This document shows positions 10,534 through 20,888 of a stretch of 64,000 nucleotides of DNA, piece by piece. How positions within the stretch are numbered: the first letter of the stretch is position 1; each line of letters starts with the position of its first letter. Origin of the DNA: an actinobacterium SCGC AAA044-N04 (GTDB lineage Bacteria; Actinomycetota; Actinomycetes; Nanopelagicales; Nanopelagicaceae); NCBI GenBank assembly GCA_000378885.1, contig KB900461.1, forward strand, positions 267,765 through 331,764, written 5' to 3'. A program made the position numbers and the translations under genes. The notes beneath the pieces were generated by a model. That model was not told the DNA's origin. It ran no database searches and was given only the letters and a program-made list of their open reading frames with translations.

Positions 10534-11685
10534 TTACTTATCTCCATCTGTTATCTCTTCTGCATCAATGAAATCATCATCGCCTAGTTCATCACTCTTT
10601 AGTTCACGAACAGATGCTGGTGCCTCTGGGTATTCAATAGCCAGTTTATCTTTATCTCCAGTAACACCCAAGTTATGGATGCGACGGGCCGGGCTAAGAA
10701 CAGTCTTTTCAGCCGTTGGAACTAGATCTTCATAAGCTTTAGATGTTGATGAAATCGCTTTACCAACTGCCACAATCTTGGTGTGTAGGAGGGTGATGTT
10801 TTTTAAGAAGGTACTGGCAACCTTTTGAATCTCATCAGCATTCTCAGCCAACTTATTGCGTGTGAAGATATAGCCAATGGTGCGAAGTAGCGCCATCATG
10901 GAAGTTGGAGTAGCAACTGTCACTCCTACTTTAAAAGCCTTTTCAAGAAGATTTGAATCTAAGCGCAGGGCTTCAGATAACAAAGTCTCAAAAGGAACAA
11001 AGAGAACGACGAAATCTGGAGAGCCCTGTGATTTGTGATAGCCGCGCTTTGCTAAGGCTTCGATGTGCTTGAGCAAATCTTTAGTGTGAGCTTGTAAGAA
11101 CTCATCTCGATCTGCTTCATTAGCTGGATCAAATGCTTCTAAGAAGCGATCAAAAGGAAACTTTGAATCAATAAAGATATGACTGCCACCAGGCATCTTC
11201 ACGGTGATATCTGGAATACCTGATGAATCTGAATCAGTCGTTGATTTCTGGCGGAAATATTCGTGGTCTTCGCGAAGGCCAGCACCTTGTAGCAATAGTT
11301 CAAGTTGGGCTTCACCGAACTTGCCACGGGTCTGAGAGTTAGAAAGTGCGCCAGCAATCTTCTTAGTTTCATCAAAGATGGATTCAGAGGCACGGCGCAT
11401 CTCAAGAATTGTTGTATTCAACTTTGCTTCAGCTTCGGTGCGAATGCGGTTAGCTTCATTTGCTTGGGTTGAAAGCTTTTCAACTGACTCTTTCATTGCA
11501 ACAAGTTCAGCATTTAGCTTGACTGCAGATTCTGTTTTGCTGCGCTCTGCTTCTAACTGAGATTTATAATCATCGAGAAGTGCGCGATCTGCAACAGAGG
11601 ATGCAGATTTAAGGCGTGCAACTAGATATCCAATAGCGGCACCGGCCATTAGGCCTATGAGAAGGGTTACTACGTATGCGGGCAT
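10534..11685 (-). CDS. rmuC: DNA recombination protein RmuC
   Basis: N-terminal TM plus coiled coil; RGKFGE, PDITV..P, IDSKFP, DFVVLFVP and ATPT motifs. Confidence 0.93.
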   Translation of the reverse strand: MPAYVVTLLIGLMAGAAIGYLVARLKSASSVADRALLDDYKSQLEAERSKTESAVKLNAELVAMKESVEKLSTQANEANRIRTEAEAKLNTTILEMRRASESIFDETKKIAGALSNSQTRGKFGEAQLELLLQGAGLREDHEYFRQKSTTDSDSSGIPDITVKMPGGSHIFIDSKFPFDRFLEAFDPANEADRDEFLQAHTKDLLKHIEALAKRGYHKSQGSPDFVVLFVPFETLLSEALRLDSNLLEKAFKVGVTVATPTSMMALLRTIGYIFTRNKLAENADEIQKVASTFLKNITLLHTKIVAVGKAISSTSKAYEDLVPTAEKTVLSPARRIHNLGVTGDKDKLAIEYPEAPASVRELKSDELGDDDFIDAEEITDGDK

Positions 11686-11691
11686 GGGCCT

Positions 11692-11714
11692 ATCGTGGCA
11701 GTTTGCACTGACAA
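11692..11714 (-). promoter_or_regulatory. PafBC/RecA-NDp-type DNA-damage promoter of rmuC
   Basis: Minus strand TTGTCAGTG-N8-CACGAT-N6-ATG, matching tTGTCRgtg-N8-TANNNT except at the first -10 base. Confidence 0.65.
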
Positions 11715-11736
11715 TCCCGCGTAGGCTCTACCCACT

Positions 11737-12810
11737 ATGAGCCTGTCTATCGGAATCGTCGGTCTGCCAAATGTGGGTAAATCCACCCTTTTCAACGCAT
11801 TGACCAAGAACAACGTCCTAGCTGCCAACTATCCCTTTGCAACCATTGAGCCCAACGTTGGAGTAGTTGGTGTGCCCGATGATCGCTTGGCAAAGCTGGC
11901 AACTATCTATGGCTCACAAAAGCTTTTACCTGCCGCCCTTTCCTTTGTTGATATCGCAGGAATTGTTAAAGGTGCATCAGAAGGTGCCGGTCTTGGCAAT
12001 AAGTTCTTAGCAAATATCCGTGAAACCGATGCGATCTGCCAAGTTATCCGAGTATTTAACGATGGCGATGTTGTTCATGTTGATGGTCGTATTGATCCAG
12101 CCAGTGATATTGAAACGATTAATACTGAGTTAGCCCTGGCTGACCTACAAACAATTGAAAAGGCAATCCCGCGTCTTGAAAAAGAAGTACGCGTTGCCAA
12201 AGAGAAAGCACCAGCCCTTGAGGCAGCAAAGGCTGCTAATGAATGGTTGCAATCTGGTCGCCCACTTTCACAAAGTTCTATTAACCGAGAAGATCTAGCC
12301 GAGCTTCATCTATTAACTGCGAAGCCATTCCTTTATGTTTTCAACGTCGATGCTGCGGAGTTAAACGATGGAGAGCTTCGTAAGAAGCTACAAGAGTTAG
12401 TTTCACCAGCAGAGGCAATCTTTTTAGATGCAAAGACTGAAGCAGAGCTAGCAGAGCTCAGTGATGAAGATGCACTCGAACTGTTGCAATCAATTGGTCT
12501 GCAAGAGCCTGGACTTGCAACTTTGGCCCATGTTGGTTTTAGAACTCTAGGACTACAAACTTACTTAACTGCAGGACCTAAAGAAGTTCGTGCATGGACA
12601 ATTCACAAAGGTGACACTGCGCCAGTTGCTGCAGGTGTTATCCATACTGATTTCCAAAAGGGCTTTATTAAGGCTGAAATCGTTTCATTTGCTGATTTGA
12701 TGGAAGCTGGATCAGTTGCCGAAGCGCGCTCTAAAGGAAAAGTGCGCATGGAAGGCAAAGATTACGTAATGGCAGATGGAGATGTTGTTGAATTTAGGTT
12801 CAACGTCTAA
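11737..12810 (+). CDS. ychF: Redox-regulated ATPase YchF
   Basis: [23 protein letters not shown] and C-terminal TGS EGKDY motifs. Confidence 0.98.
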   Translation: MSLSIGIVGLPNVGKSTLFNALTKNNVLAANYPFATIEPNVGVVGVPDDRLAKLATIYGSQKLLPAALSFVDIAGIVKGASEGAGLGNKFLANIRETDAICQVIRVFNDGDVVHVDGRIDPASDIETINTELALADLQTIEKAIPRLEKEVRVAKEKAPALEAAKAANEWLQSGRPLSQSSINREDLAELHLLTAKPFLYVFNVDAAELNDGELRKKLQELVSPAEAIFLDAKTEAELAELSDEDALELLQSIGLQEPGLATLAHVGFRTLGLQTYLTAGPKEVRAWTIHKGDTAPVAAGVIHTDFQKGFIKAEIVSFADLMEAGSVAEARSKGKVRMEGKDYVMADGDVVEFRFNV

Positions 12811-14159
12811 TTGCCGGTGTAATACTTTCCGATTTCGCTCAGTGCTTTATCCAACATCTCAAGACCAAGCTTGGCATCTTCAACTGAAATATTGCATGGT
12901 GGGCACAAGTGAATGCGGTTGAAGTTATTAAATGGCATTAATCCATGCTTCTTACATGCAGCCACTAATTCATTCATTGCAGGACTTGATGCACCGTATG
13001 GAGCAAGAGGCTCATGGGTTGCACGATCAGAGACCATATCCACGCCCCAGAAAACACCTGCGCCGCGGATATCACCAATAACTTTGTGCTTCTTAGCTAA
13101 CTCTTTTAAGCCAGGACCAAGGATGGTTTCGCCAATCATTGTGGCGTTTTCTAGCATCTTCTCTTCCTTCATGACATCGATAGTTGCAACTGCCGTTGCA
13201 CATGCCAATGGGTGCCCCATATATGTCAGGCCGCCAGGAAATACTTTTTCATCAAATGTTTTTGCGATTGCCTCGCTGATTACTACGCCACCAAGTTGGA
13301 CATAACCAGAGGTAACACCCTTAGCAAAAGTAATCAGATCTGGAACAGCTGCGCCGTGTTGGTATGCAAACCACTTACCTGTGCGACCAAAGCCAGACAT
13401 CACTTCATCTGCAATCCATAGAATCTTGTATTTATCGCACAACGCACGGATTCCTTCAAGATATCCCTTAGGTGGCATTAACACACCAGCAGTTCCTGGA
13501 ACTGATTCGATCAAGATGGCAGCAATTGTTCCTGGACCTTCAAAGATAATTGTTTGTTCAAGATGCTCTAGAGCACGCTGGCACTCTTGCTCTTCAGTGG
13601 TTGCCCAGAAGTTAGTGCGATAGAGATAGGGACCAAAGAAGTGAACATGGCCAAAAGCAAACTCATTAGGAAATCTGCGTGGATCTCCAGTTGCATTAAT
13701 GGCAGCACCTGTGTTGCCGTGATAAGAGCGATATGTGGAGAGCACCTTGTGCTTGTGAGTGTGTAAGCGGGCCATGCGAATAGCATTTTCAATCGCATCT
13801 GCGCCGCCGTTAGTAAAGAAAACCTTTGCAAAGTGATCGCCAGCTAATTCAACAACGCGCTGGGCTGCTTCATTACGGGCATCATTGGCATGTTGCGGAG
13901 CAATCGTTGTTAGAACTTCAGCTTGATCTTGAATTGCTTTAACAACTTTTGGATGCTGATGGCCAATGTTTGTGAAAACTAGCTGTGAAGAAAAATCTAA
14001 ATAAACTTTGCCTGCATGGTCCCAAAATCTAGATCCTGAGCCACTTGCAACTGGCATAGGAGAAATTGCACCTTGGGCAGACCATGAGTGAAATACATAT
14101 TTATGGTCAGCAGCACTTACGGCCTCTTGCTTTGCTGGATCGCTTATTGGTGCACTCAT
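12807..14159 (-). CDS. Class III PLP-dependent aminotransferase (omega-amino acid / beta-alanine type)
   Basis: SYHG, DEVMSGFGRTG and DLITFAKG motifs; start moved to ATG 14159 to avoid overlapping mmsA. Confidence 0.88.
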   Translation of the reverse strand: MSAPISDPAKQEAVSAADHKYVFHSWSAQGAISPMPVASGSGSRFWDHAGKVYLDFSSQLVFTNIGHQHPKVVKAIQDQAEVLTTIAPQHANDARNEAAQRVVELAGDHFAKVFFTNGGADAIENAIRMARLHTHKHKVLSTYRSYHGNTGAAINATGDPRRFPNEFAFGHVHFFGPYLYRTNFWATTEEQECQRALEHLEQTIIFEGPGTIAAILIESVPGTAGVLMPPKGYLEGIRALCDKYKILWIADEVMSGFGRTGKWFAYQHGAAVPDLITFAKGVTSGYVQLGGVVISEAIAKTFDEKVFPGGLTYMGHPLACATAVATIDVMKEEKMLENATMIGETILGPGLKELAKKHKVIGDIRGAGVFWGVDMVSDRATHEPLAPYGASSPAMNELVAACKKHGLMPFNNFNRIHLCPPCNISVEDAKLGLEMLDKALSEIGKYYTGN

Positions 14160-14219
14160 GAAAGTTAGCCTTTTATCTAGTAGGTGGCGCCATCTTAACG
14201 CCTCAAGTAGATTGCACCT

Positions 14220-15704
14220 ATGACTCAGATTACGCATTGGATTAACGGCGCCTTAGATACCAAAAAGCCAGAGCGCACGGGAGATATCTATAACCCAGCC
14301 ACTGGAAAAGTAACGGGGACTGTGGCCTTTGGAAATGCCGCCACCGTTGATTCAGCCGTTTCTGCAGCAACAGCAGCTTTCGCCGAATGGCGCCATAGCT
14401 CACTGACTAAGCGCACACAGGTCCTCTTTGCTTTTCGTGAGTTAGTTGCACAAAACAAAGAAAAGATTGCAGCTCTTATTACGGCAGAGCATGGAAAAGT
14501 ATTAAGTGATGCAGCTGGTGAAGTAACTCGTGGTCTTGAAGTGGTGGAGTTTGCATGCGGAATTCCACATCTATTAAAGGGTGGTTTTTCAGAGGAAGTT
14601 TCAACTGGAGTAGATGTTTATTCAATCCGCCAAGCACTTGGCCCAGTTGCCATCATCTCTCCCTTTAACTTTCCAGCGATGGTGCCCATGTGGTTCTTCC
14701 CAGTGGCAATTGCCTGCGGTAACACCGTTGTAGTTAAGCCATCAGAAAAGGATCCATCGGCTGCAATGTTTATGGCCCAGCTGTGGAAAGAAGCGGGATT
14801 GCCAGATGGTGTTTTCAATGTTGTTCATGGAGATAAAGAAGTTGTAGATGCGCTTTTAGTTCATCCAGGAATTAAATCAATTTCATTTGTGGGATCAACT
14901 CCTATTGCGCGGTATGTCTATGAAACTGGAACTAAAGCAGGCAAGCGCGTTCAAGCATTGGGTGGGGCTAAGAACCACATGATCGTTCTTCCAGATAGCG
15001 ATCTAGAACTTGCAGCCGACGCTGCCATTAACGCAGGCTTTGGTTCTGCAGGAGAGCGTTGCATGGCAATCTCTGCAATCGTTGCTGTTGAACCTATTGG
15101 AAATGCATTGGTAGCACGCATTAAATCCCGTATGGCCAACATTGTTACGGGCGATGGCACAAAGGGCAGCGACATGGGCCCACTTGTCACAGCAGTTCAC
15201 CGCGACAAAGTTGCTTCTTATATTGAAGCCGGTGCTAAAGAAGGTGCAACTGTTGTTGTTGATGGCCGTGATCTAAAAGTTGATGGTGACGGCTTCTTCC
15301 TTGGACCAACTCTGCTCGATAACGTGAGTCCAAAGATGTCGGTCTATACCGATGAAATCTTTGGTCCAGTTTTGAGCATTATTCGCGTTAATACCTATGA
15401 CGAGGCTTTGAATTTAGTTAACTCACATCAATATGGAAATGGAACTGCAATCTTCACCAATGATGGCGGCGCAGCACGCCGTTTCCAGAATGAAGTTGAA
15501 GTAGGAATGGTGGGAATCAACGTTCCTATTCCTGTACCAATGGCGTATTACTCATTTGGTGGATGGAAGAACTCATTATTTGGTGATTCACATGCACATG
15601 GCACTGAAGGTGTTCATTTCTTTACTCGTGGCAAAGTTGTTACAAGCCGCTGGTTAGATCCAAGCCATGGTGGAATTAACTTAGGATTCCCACAAAACGA
15701 CTAG
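14220..15704 (+). CDS. mmsA: CoA-acylating (methyl)malonate-semialdehyde dehydrogenase
   Basis: PFNFPAMVP, GGAKNH, AGERCMA and GINVPIPVP motifs. Confidence 0.93.
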   Translation: MTQITHWINGALDTKKPERTGDIYNPATGKVTGTVAFGNAATVDSAVSAATAAFAEWRHSSLTKRTQVLFAFRELVAQNKEKIAALITAEHGKVLSDAAGEVTRGLEVVEFACGIPHLLKGGFSEEVSTGVDVYSIRQALGPVAIISPFNFPAMVPMWFFPVAIACGNTVVVKPSEKDPSAAMFMAQLWKEAGLPDGVFNVVHGDKEVVDALLVHPGIKSISFVGSTPIARYVYETGTKAGKRVQALGGAKNHMIVLPDSDLELAADAAINAGFGSAGERCMAISAIVAVEPIGNALVARIKSRMANIVTGDGTKGSDMGPLVTAVHRDKVASYIEAGAKEGATVVVDGRDLKVDGDGFFLGPTLLDNVSPKMSVYTDEIFGPVLSIIRVNTYDEALNLVNSHQYGNGTAIFTNDGGAARRFQNEVEVGMVGINVPIPVPMAYYSFGGWKNSLFGDSHAHGTEGVHFFTRGKVVTSRWLDPSHGGINLGFPQND

Positions 15705-15846
15705 AAATTTGCGCCCAATTGCGCATCAATTAACCCTTATCAACGCTCTAAAGGTAAGATTGCCCCTGTGATGGCCGGTAACTTGGCCTCAAGTAATGTT
15801 TTGTTGATCAATAGAAACCGTCGGTTTCCTTAGGAAAGTAGTTTTC

Positions 15847-17745
15847 GTGGCCAAGACTCAAGCACATCTTAAAGACCTGCCTGTTAAAAAGCGCGAAAAT
15901 CTTCGCAACGTTGCCATCATCGCCCACGTTGACCACGGTAAAACAACTCTAGTTGATGCCATGTTGTGGCAATCAGGTGCATTTGCTGCCTATAAGAAGC
16001 AAGACGATAGCCAAGATCGCATGATGGATTCAATGGATCTAGAGCGCGAAAAGGGAATTACGATTCTTGCTAAGAACACTGCTGTTAAGCGCGGTGACAC
16101 AATCGTTAACATTATTGACACACCAGGCCACGCAGATTTCGGTGGCGAAGTTGAACGTGGACTTGAAATGGTTGACGGAGTTATCTTGCTAGTGGATGCA
16201 TCAGAAGGTCCACTTCCTCAAACACGTTTCGTTTTGCGCAAAGCGCTAGAGAAGAACTTGCCAGTTATCTTGTTGATCAACAAGGTTGACCGTCCCGATT
16301 CACGTATTGCTGAAGTTGTCGATGAAGCATATGAATTGTTCTTAGATCTAGATGCAACAGAATCACAGATTGAATTCCCAGTAGTCTATGCATCAGCTAA
16401 AGCTGGTCGTGCATCACTTAAGCGTCCAGCAGATGGTGGAATGCCAGAAGAAGAAAACCTGGATGTTTTATTCGACACTATCTTCTCTGCAATTCCAGCA
16501 CCTGAATATCACGAAGGTGCGCCACTTCAGGCACACGTAACAAACCTTGACTCTTCACCATTCCTTGGACGTTTGGCGCTATGCCGCGTGCGCGAAGGTG
16601 TTATTAAAAAGGGTCAATCTGTTACTTGGATTAAGACTGATGGAACTACCGAGCGCGTGAAGGTTTCAGAGCTTTTAATTACTGAAGCACTCGATCGTGT
16701 TCCTGCGCTAGAGGCTCACCCAGGTGACATCATCGCTGTGGCAGGTATTGAAACAATTACTTTGGGTGAAACCCTTGCAGATCTAGAAAATCCACATGCA
16801 TTGCCATTAATCATCGTTGATGAACCATCAATTTCTATGACTATTGGTATTAACACTTCTCCTCTTGCAGGTAAGAGTGGAAAACTGCTTACAGCACGCC
16901 AAGTTAAGGGCCGTTTAGATGCAGAGCTAGTGGGTAACGTTTCATTGCGCGTGCTAAACACTGAACGTCCTGATACCTGGGAAGTTCAAGGTCGCGGAGA
17001 GCTTCAGCTTGCTGTTCTAGTTGAAATCATGAAGCGCGAAGGTTTTGAATTAACTGTTGGTAAGCCACAGGTAGTTATCAAGAAGATTGATGGAAAGATC
17101 CACGAACCGATGGAGCGTTTAACTATTGATGCACCTGAAGAATACTTAGGTGTTCTTACTCAGTTGATGGCACTTCGTAAGGGCCGTATGGAACAAATGG
17201 TTAACCACGGAACTGGTTGGATCCGTCTTGACTACAAGGTTCCATCACGTGGACTTATTGGATTTAGAACAGAGTTCTTAACTGAAACTCGTGGAACAGG
17301 ATTACTCCACCACGTCTTTGATGGTTACGAGCCTTGGTATGGCGATATCCGCACACGCGGAACAGGATCACTTGTTTCAGACCGTATGGGAACAGTTACT
17401 TCTTACGCACTTTATGGAACACAAGATCGCGGAACAATATTTGTTGAGCCAGGCGATGAAGTCTATGAAGGTATGGTTATTGGCGAGAACTCTCGTTCAG
17501 ATGACATGGACGTTAACTGTGTTCGTGAAAAGAAACTTACAAACATGCGTGCTTCAGGCACCGATGAATCAGAGCGTTTGATTCCGCCTAAGAAGCTCAA
17601 CATGGAAGGTGCTCTTGAGTTCTGCCGTGAAGATGAGTGCGTTGAAGTTACGCCAGCTGTAGTTCGTATCCGCAAGGTTGTTCTTGATGGTGACGAGCGT
17701 GCCCGTACTACTGCGCGCCAGAAGAAGGCGAACCTGAACGCTTAA
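15847..17745 (+). CDS. typA: Translational GTPase TypA/BipA
   Basis: AHVDHGKTT, EREKGITILAK, DTPGHADF, GRGELQL and KKLTNMRASG motifs. Confidence 0.98.
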   Translation: MAKTQAHLKDLPVKKRENLRNVAIIAHVDHGKTTLVDAMLWQSGAFAAYKKQDDSQDRMMDSMDLEREKGITILAKNTAVKRGDTIVNIIDTPGHADFGGEVERGLEMVDGVILLVDASEGPLPQTRFVLRKALEKNLPVILLINKVDRPDSRIAEVVDEAYELFLDLDATESQIEFPVVYASAKAGRASLKRPADGGMPEEENLDVLFDTIFSAIPAPEYHEGAPLQAHVTNLDSSPFLGRLALCRVREGVIKKGQSVTWIKTDGTTERVKVSELLITEALDRVPALEAHPGDIIAVAGIETITLGETLADLENPHALPLIIVDEPSISMTIGINTSPLAGKSGKLLTARQVKGRLDAELVGNVSLRVLNTERPDTWEVQGRGELQLAVLVEIMKREGFELTVGKPQVVIKKIDGKIHEPMERLTIDAPEEYLGVLTQLMALRKGRMEQMVNHGTGWIRLDYKVPSRGLIGFRTEFLTETRGTGLLHHVFDGYEPWYGDIRTRGTGSLVSDRMGTVTSYALYGTQDRGTIFVEPGDEVYEGMVIGENSRSDDMDVNCVREKKLTNMRASGTDESERLIPPKKLNMEGALEFCREDECVEVTPAVVRIRKVVLDGDERARTTARQKKANLNA

Positions 17746-17783
17746 GCCCAGTTTCGTCAGCCCTCTAGGGTTGAATTGTCACT

Positions 17784-20700
17784 GTGAGTAAAGCGCCCTT
17801 TTCCTTCGTTGCACCTAGCGCTCCTCGAACCATACCTGCGCTTTCACTCGAACAAGTAAGCGCAGTTACGCATCGCGGTTCTGCATTAGTTATACACGGT
17901 GGACCTGGCACAGGTAAAACTACGGTTTTAGTTGAAGCAGCACTTGCTCGCATCCAAGAAGGCCAAAATCCAGATTCAATTCTTCTTCTTACCTTTGGTC
18001 GAGAACGCGCTTCTGAATTACGTGATGCCATCGCACTTCGCACAACCAAAACAATGTTTGAACCTTTAGCTAGAACATTCCACTCACTTGCCTTTTCAAT
18101 AATTAAGATGAAAGCAAAGGATGATCCTGAACCAATTCTGCTCAGTGGTCCAGAACAAGAGAGTTATATCAAAGAGCTTTTACAAGGTGACATTGCAGAT
18201 GGCTACAAAGAATGGCCAGAAGATTTACATGCAGCGCTAACCACTAATGGTTTTGCCCGCGAGCTTCGCGATTTAATCTTGCGTGCATCTGAGCGAGGTA
18301 TTGGTCCTGATGAGTTAGAAAAGCTTGGAACGTCTGAGGGCGAGAAGTATTGGTCAGCTGCTGCAAAGTTTTGGAAGCGATATTTAAATTCAATGGTGAT
18401 GCGCGAAATCAGTGCAACTGATGCAAAGCTGCGCATTGACCCATCTGAATTAGTCTCGCGTGCTGCTATTCATCTTCACAACAACCAAGATGTTCTCTCA
18501 GCTCTGCGTGCGCGCTTTGCAACAATCATGGTTGATGAATTCCAAGAATCAGACCCTGCCCAGCGTGCACTGCTTGCCATGCTCACCGGTGAGGATGTCA
18601 TCATCGCTGCTGATGCTGACTCTGCGGTTGGTCGCTTTCGTGGAGCCGATCCTGATGGTTTATCTGCTGCCCTTGATCCTTATCGGGTGAAAGAGATTGT
18701 TTTAAACACAGGCTTTAGAAATTCTTCAAGTATTTTTGATGTGGGATTGAGCTTTGCAAAGAATATGAAAGGCTCGCAGACCACGCGCAAACGCAGCTGT
18801 GGCAATGAAAATACGGGCCAAGTCCAGGTCCATCGCTTTAGATCAGGAGCAGAAGAGGCTGCCTTTATCGCCCATCAATTCCGTAGTGCACATCTGCGTG
18901 AAGGTATTTCATATAGCAACATGGCAGTTATTTTGCGCAGCCCTGGAATACAAGCATCATCGCTGCGACGAGCGTTTTCACAAGTTGGTATTCCCGTTGC
19001 ATCTGAACTCCAAGCGCTAGCAGGCAATCCTGCAATTGCGCCTTTCCTTCTACTTGCCCGCGTTGCACTTAAACAACAACCACTTAACTTTGATACTGCT
19101 GAGCGTTTGCTGATGAGTGAATTTGGTGGGGCAGATTCGATTTCATTGCGTCGTATTCGCCGGGCGTTGATTGCTGCACGTCCAGATGGTGATGATCGCA
19201 CTGGAACGCAGTTGCTCATTGCCGCCCTTGATTCTGGTGAGTTGTTTATTGAAGGTGCAACTGAGATTGTGCGCGTGCATGAGCTGCTTGAGAAAGCTCG
19301 GGCAGTTGCTAGAAATAGGAAAGCAACGGCGGATGAATTACTGTGGGCAATTTGGGATAATGCAATTACAAGTGATGGAGCAAAATTAGCTAGTACGTGG
19401 CGCAATCAAGCGTTGCGTCCCGGGGTTCGCGGGGCAGCCGCAGATCGTGACCTTGATGCAATGATGCAGTTGTTTGAAAGTGCGGCTAGATATTCAGAGC
19501 GCTTCCCACTCTCTGGTCCAGGGGCTTTCATTGCCGAGATTGCAACGGAAGATATTGCTGGCGATGTAATTACGGCTAAAGGTGTTCGACCAGATTTCGT
19601 CGAGATCCTTACAGTTCACAGCGCCAAGGGACGTGAGTGGGATTTAGTTGCAATTGCAGGATTACAAGAAGGTGCATGGCCAAACCTTAAGCAACGCTCC
19701 TCATTACTTGGTGCTGAGCGTTTAGTTGAGCGCCAACGCAACCCTGATATTGCCCGTGATCAGCTAGATGTCATTGCTGCCAGCGGACTATTACAAGATG
19801 AAGAGCGCTTATTTCATGTGGCCCTAACCCGCGCCAAACAATCACTATTTGTTACTGCCGTGCAGCGCGATGATGAGGAGCCATCACAATTCTTTGAATC
19901 TGTTGAAGTTCTAGTAAAAAAGATTGATGAAGGGCTAGAGCCGGAGTTAACCGAAGTACCAAGGCCTATTACGGCGCCTGCCTTAGTTGCAGAACTTCGT
20001 AGCCAACTAGATGGCGAACATGCAAAGCAAGCTGCCTCTTTGTTAAAGATTATGGCAGCTGAAGGAATTTATTTGGCAGATCCTGCGAATTGGATTGGAT
20101 CTGTGCCACTGAGTACAGATGCTCCGGTGATTAATCCAGATTTAGAAGTTGTTGTGTCTCCTAGTGGAGCTGAATCATTTGTTGAGTGCGGAGTGAAATG
20201 GTTCCTACAAAATAATGGTGGCACCGATGGTGATAGCACCGCTCAAGTTTTAGGTTCTGCCATTCACGCATTTGCCGCCAAAATGGTGCATGAGCCTGGA
20301 ACATCTAAACAAGATTTGATTGCCAACCTAGAGAGTTCATGGAAGCTCATAGATCCAGACTCTGGATGGGTCAGTGCTTCACATTTAGAGAACGCAGTAA
20401 CAATGCTTGAAAAGTTTGTTACCTACCACAATGAATCCAAGCGAGAAGTTGTGGATGCTGAAATTAGATTTGATGTGAAATTGGGTCGTGCTCGAATTCG
20501 AGGAAGTGTGGATCGATTAGAGGTTGAAGCCGATGGTTCACTTTTCATTATTGATTTCAAAACTGGTGGAACGGCCATTTCACTCAAGGATGCAAAAGAG
20601 AATCTGCAGCTTGCTAGTTACCAAGTGGGAATTGCCGAAGGTGGCTTTACTCAAGGCAATGTCAGTGCCGGCGCAGAGCTGGTGTATCTGGGTACAAGTA

Positions 20701-20888
20701 CCGCAGGTGCAACTCTTAGACCACAACATGTTATTGATGTTGAGGCGACAAAAGAGAAATTAAATAAGATTGCCGACGGCATGGGCGCTGCTACTTTCTT
20801 TGCCACAGTAAATAAGCGCTGTAAAGGCTGCCCAGTGCGCAAATCCTGCCCCGTTCAAAATGATGGACGGACGGTGATTGAGCAGTGA
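17784..20888 (+). CDS. adnA: AdnA helicase-nuclease subunit
   Basis: UvrD-like motor (GGPGTGKT, DEFQ) plus C-terminal PD-(D/E)xK domain (GSVDRL, IDFKTG, QLASY) with AddB-like Cys ligands (C...CxxCxxxxxC). Confidence 0.88.
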   Translation: MSKAPFSFVAPSAPRTIPALSLEQVSAVTHRGSALVIHGGPGTGKTTVLVEAALARIQEGQNPDSILLLTFGRERASELRDAIALRTTKTMFEPLARTFHSLAFSIIKMKAKDDPEPILLSGPEQESYIKELLQGDIADGYKEWPEDLHAALTTNGFARELRDLILRASERGIGPDELEKLGTSEGEKYWSAAAKFWKRYLNSMVMREISATDAKLRIDPSELVSRAAIHLHNNQDVLSALRARFATIMVDEFQESDPAQRALLAMLTGEDVIIAADADSAVGRFRGADPDGLSAALDPYRVKEIVLNTGFRNSSSIFDVGLSFAKNMKGSQTTRKRSCGNENTGQVQVHRFRSGAEEAAFIAHQFRSAHLREGISYSNMAVILRSPGIQASSLRRAFSQVGIPVASELQALAGNPAIAPFLLLARVALKQQPLNFDTAERLLMSEFGGADSISLRRIRRALIAARPDGDDRTGTQLLIAALDSGELFIEGATEIVRVHELLEKARAVARNRKATADELLWAIWDNAITSDGAKLASTWRNQALRPGVRGAAADRDLDAMMQLFESAARYSERFPLSGPGAFIAEIATEDIAGDVITAKGVRPDFVEILTVHSAKGREWDLVAIAGLQEGAWPNLKQRSSLLGAERLVERQRNPDIARDQLDVIAASGLLQDEERLFHVALTRAKQSLFVTAVQRDDEEPSQFFESVEVLVKKIDEGLEPELTEVPRPITAPALVAELRSQLDGEHAKQAASLLKIMAAEGIYLADPANWIGSVPLSTDAPVINPDLEVVVSPSGAESFVECGVKWFLQNNGGTDGDSTAQVLGSAIHAFAAKMVHEPGTSKQDLIANLESSWKLIDPDSGWVSASHLENAVTMLEKFVTYHNESKREVVDAEIRFDVKLGRARIRGSVDRLEVEADGSLFIIDFKTGGTAISLKDAKENLQLASYQVGIAEGGFTQGNVSAGAELVYLGTSTAGATLRPQHVIDVEATKEKLNKIADGMGAATFFATVNKRCKGCPVRKSCPVQNDGRTVIEQ

